Shown: piece by piece, positions 48,278 through 49,265 of the stretch | Numbering within the stretch: the stretch's first letter is position 1 | Layout of the letters: every line of letters starts with the position of its first letter | NCBI RefSeq assembly: GCF_004010195.1 | Contig: NC_057756.1 | Location: 5,952,811-6,002,075 of the forward strand | Origin: Chiloscyllium plagiosum | Taxonomy: Eukaryota | Length of the DNA: 49,265 bases | Reading direction: 5' to 3' | Program-made: the position numbers and the translations under genes | The notes under the pieces: model-generated | What the model was told of the DNA's origin: nothing | Databases searched by the model: none | The model's input: only the letters and a program-made list of their open reading frames with translations

Positions 48278-48312
48278 CACCTGATGAAGGAGCGGTGCTC
48301 CGAAAGCTAGTG
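48278..48312 (+). ncRNA. Minimal type-I hammerhead ribozyme motif in a Penelope-derived foldback (about 48200-48362)
   Basis: CAC-CTGATGA-A-GGAGC(GGT)GCTCC-GAAAGCT-A-GTG. Confidence 0.65.
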
Positions 48313-48379
48313 CTTCCAAATAACCCTGTTGGACTATAACCTGGGGTTGTGTGATTTTTAAGTTTGTTCTACTCTGTCT

Positions 48380-48585
48380 CTGTAACCCTGCATTTCCCAT
48401 GGCCGACCCACCCTAACCTGCACATCTTTGGACTGTGGGAGGAAACCAGAGCACCCAGAGGAAACCCACGCAGACACGGGGAGAATGTGCAAACTCCTCA
48501 CAGGCAGTCGCCCGAGGGTGGAATCAAACCTGGGTCCCTGGCGTTGTGAGGCAGCAGTGCTAACCACTGAGCCACCGTGTCACCC
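48380..48585 (-). mobile_element. HE1/V-SINE
   Basis: Head plus V core on the minus strand. Confidence 0.85.
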
Positions 48586-49265
48586 AGCTTGGCTCTCTGC
48601 ATAACATAACCCCTCAAGTCCAGGTATTATTGTTATAAACCAACGTTCCACTCCCTCCAAAGCTAATCTAACCTTCCTCAGGCTTGGTGTCTAGACCTGC
48701 TCCAAATGGGGTCTATCCAGGGTTTGGTTTTACTGCAATAGAACCTCTGCATCCTTGCACTGCAGTTCTCTCGATGGAAAGGCCATCATTCCATGACCTC
48801 TCTTCAATGCCCAGTGGGAATTATAAATAGAAATGTAGGGACAGACTGCACGTTGAGTCTTTCTTTTCGGGTCTGTCTGACGGAGCAAGGTGGAGTGTAG
48901 GAGATGTGGGTGGTCTGTTTGGAATGCTGGTGAGATATTACAATAGCACCGCTTGATGTAATGAGAAACCTCCTCCCAGTCTGTGAGATCTTGTTCTCCT
49001 GGGTGCTGCCAGGCTTATGATAATAATTTCAGTTCTGCATGTGCATCACAGAGCATGACTTCCATAAACTGGGATTAAAAACAATAGTTACAAAATGAAA
49101 TTGATTGTTTGTTTGAATTTCTGACCACGATCCAATTGTGAAAGTAATATCATAAAGAGATACAGCACGGATACAGGCCTTTCGGCCCAACACGTCCAGG
49201 CTGCCCAGGTTCCCTGAACTGAACTAATTCCATTTGTCTGTGTGTGACCCACATCCCTCTAAACC

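Noticed and set aside
46914..49265. Transmembrane or cytoplasmic exon
   Set aside because: No hydrophobic exon with credible splice sites found; the region is mostly repeats.

Overview
Eukaryotic, repeat-dense genomic DNA, almost certainly from a shark: it carries HE1/V-type tRNA-derived SINEs, CR1 LINEs, Penelope-like elements and solo LTRs, and has three assembly gaps. The ORF track is mostly repeat noise, but a spliced + strand gene can be read by hand from GT-AG sites. It has a split signal peptide (ATG 22244-22280 plus a 36-bp mini-exon 24109-24144), then SRCR (30164-30478), SRCR with a 4-bp frameshift (34957-35267), a C2-type Ig domain of the leukocyte-receptor-complex (LILR/KIR/CHIR-like) style (38786-39091), SRCR (43309-43623) and SRCR (46599-46913). 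All internal exons have phase 1-1 domain boundaries. No transmembrane or stop exon is seen, so the gene runs past the window end. The main candidate novelty is this mosaic of group-B SRCR domains and an LRC-type Ig domain, together with transposon-shaped splice sites around it. Exon boundaries were read manually; repeat boundaries are approximate and family names come from recognition, not from database searches.
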